A stretch of 64,000 nt of DNA from Tubiluchus corallicola (taxonomy: Eukaryota > Animalia > Priapulida), in the NCBI GenBank assembly GCA_030141605.1, contig JAQGDQ010000070.1:558001-622000 (forward strand). Reading direction: 5' to 3'. The first letter of the stretch is position 1. Every line of letters begins with the position of its first letter. The position numbers and the translations under genes are program-made. The notes below the pieces were generated by a model. The model was not told where the DNA came from and did not search any database. It saw only the letters and a list, made by a program, of their open reading frames with translations. Of this stretch, positions 63,101 through 64,000 are shown in pieces.

Positions 63101-63348
63101 TTTATGGTCACTCTGAGCTGGATCTGTTATTGCCGATGTGCGAGGACGTTCTGCCGTCAGAATTCTTTACGGAGTACCACAGTCTGATTCCCAAGGCACC
63201 TGGATTTGAATCCAGGCACGATATTTACTGTTTATTTTTTAATGCAATCATGTGGACTCACGTAGGTATGGAAGAGGGCAAACCATATCGAAATGGACTC
63301 ATTCAGTGTTTAAAAAAAGTAAATAGTCAAGTTGTCAGTTTATCGTAA
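57110..63348 (+). CDS. Fructosamine-3-kinase / ketosamine-3-kinase family protein, divergent, ~334 aa, 7 exons
   Basis: Exons 57110-57304, 58957-59046, 59535-59632, 60117-60273, 60753-60806, 61741-61882, 63080-63348 in frame. Motifs: LFVKMN, AELESL..RTPQPV, LVLEY, QLARLH, KFGF..T..G..DNTW..SW..LFA..RL, PALLHGD, YGHSELD, EYHSLIPKAPGFESR. Confidence 0.88.
61163..61437. mobile_element. Non-autonomous hAT element (CAGGGC family, related to 10923-11768)
   Basis: Termini CAGGGCTG / CAGCTCTG, internal GGGCCC repeats, degenerate 8-bp TSD TTGATAAG / TCAATAAG. Confidence 0.6.
62735..62810. mobile_element. Partial copy of the pogo-type MITE at 15978-16155
   Basis: TTATAAT..TAATGCCAACTTT..CAGTCC..AAAAGT.GGC..TATAA.GAGGT shared with 16075-16150. 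Confidence 0.55.
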
Positions 63349-64000
63349 TACAAGGAATTAACTTTTAATGCATTATTTATCTGTTTATTGGCAATGGCAT
63401 CAGCGGAGCGTGTGGGTTTGGCTGTCAGGTAGAACTAGTATTGACCATTTAAATTACTAATGCAAATAGCTAAAACACGTGGAATACAGTCATAAAGTGA
63501 TTATCTGCGTTATCTTGTAAAAAGAGAAAAAATGTGTATTAAGAGATGTTCCAGAAATCAGATCTTTAAGTATTGTGTATTAAACTGCAGGGTTTTTATT
63601 GAAATTGCCCTATGTTTAACAATATGATGTATATAATATAATTGCACAATTTACAGGCTGTGATCAATGTGATGTATATATCTGTAACAATATACAGACT
63701 GTAGACAATGTGATGTTTATAATTGAGACAATATTGTTTAAAGTGCAACAACATATTGGGCACTATAATTAAAGTACTGGTATGACATTTAGAAATATGT
63801 TACCAAAAATTGTAGATAGTGATTGAATTTCATAACTAATTAGTATTAGCATATATTGCTTAATTAGCTTTAGAAGCATTGGCAATATCTGATATTTGTC
63901 CTTTCTATTGATAGCTAATATATACAATAAAATATTGATTAACTAAAGAATATTTACATTGATAATACAAAGGTTGGTATGTCTGTTTAATATATTCACT

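Overview
AT-rich animal genomic DNA (probably an invertebrate) with GT-AG introns; it is not prokaryotic. Five intron-containing genes were reconstructed by hand, each with consistent splice phases. (1) SLC4A11-like transporter, + strand, 5'-truncated, 416-16363. (2) SERBP1/HABP4(vig)-like RGG RNA-binding protein, - strand, 27737-19497. (3) ZNF367-like C2H2 factor, + strand, 28190-33023, head-to-head with SERBP1 across about 450 bp. (4) YTHDC1 nuclear m6A reader, + strand, 36362-53921. (5) A divergent fructosamine/ketosamine-3-kinase-like gene, + strand, 57110-63348. The introns carry many non-autonomous transposons (hAT, piggyBac, Kolobok and Tc1/pogo MITEs, tRNA-derived SINE heads and a CR1/L2-type LINE 3' end). 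The most interesting signal is the YTHDC1 intron right after the YTH domain. It holds a GGAC(H) cluster, a cryptic stop-containing exon, hairpins and an inverted tRNA-like pair, which together suggest a possible m6A-sensing autoregulatory switch. Other notable items are hammerhead-ribozyme-like cores near 56.1-56.3 kb, a symmetric cassette exon in YTHDC1, and active-site changes in the kinase and the transporter. All family assignments come from recalled motifs; no database search was run.
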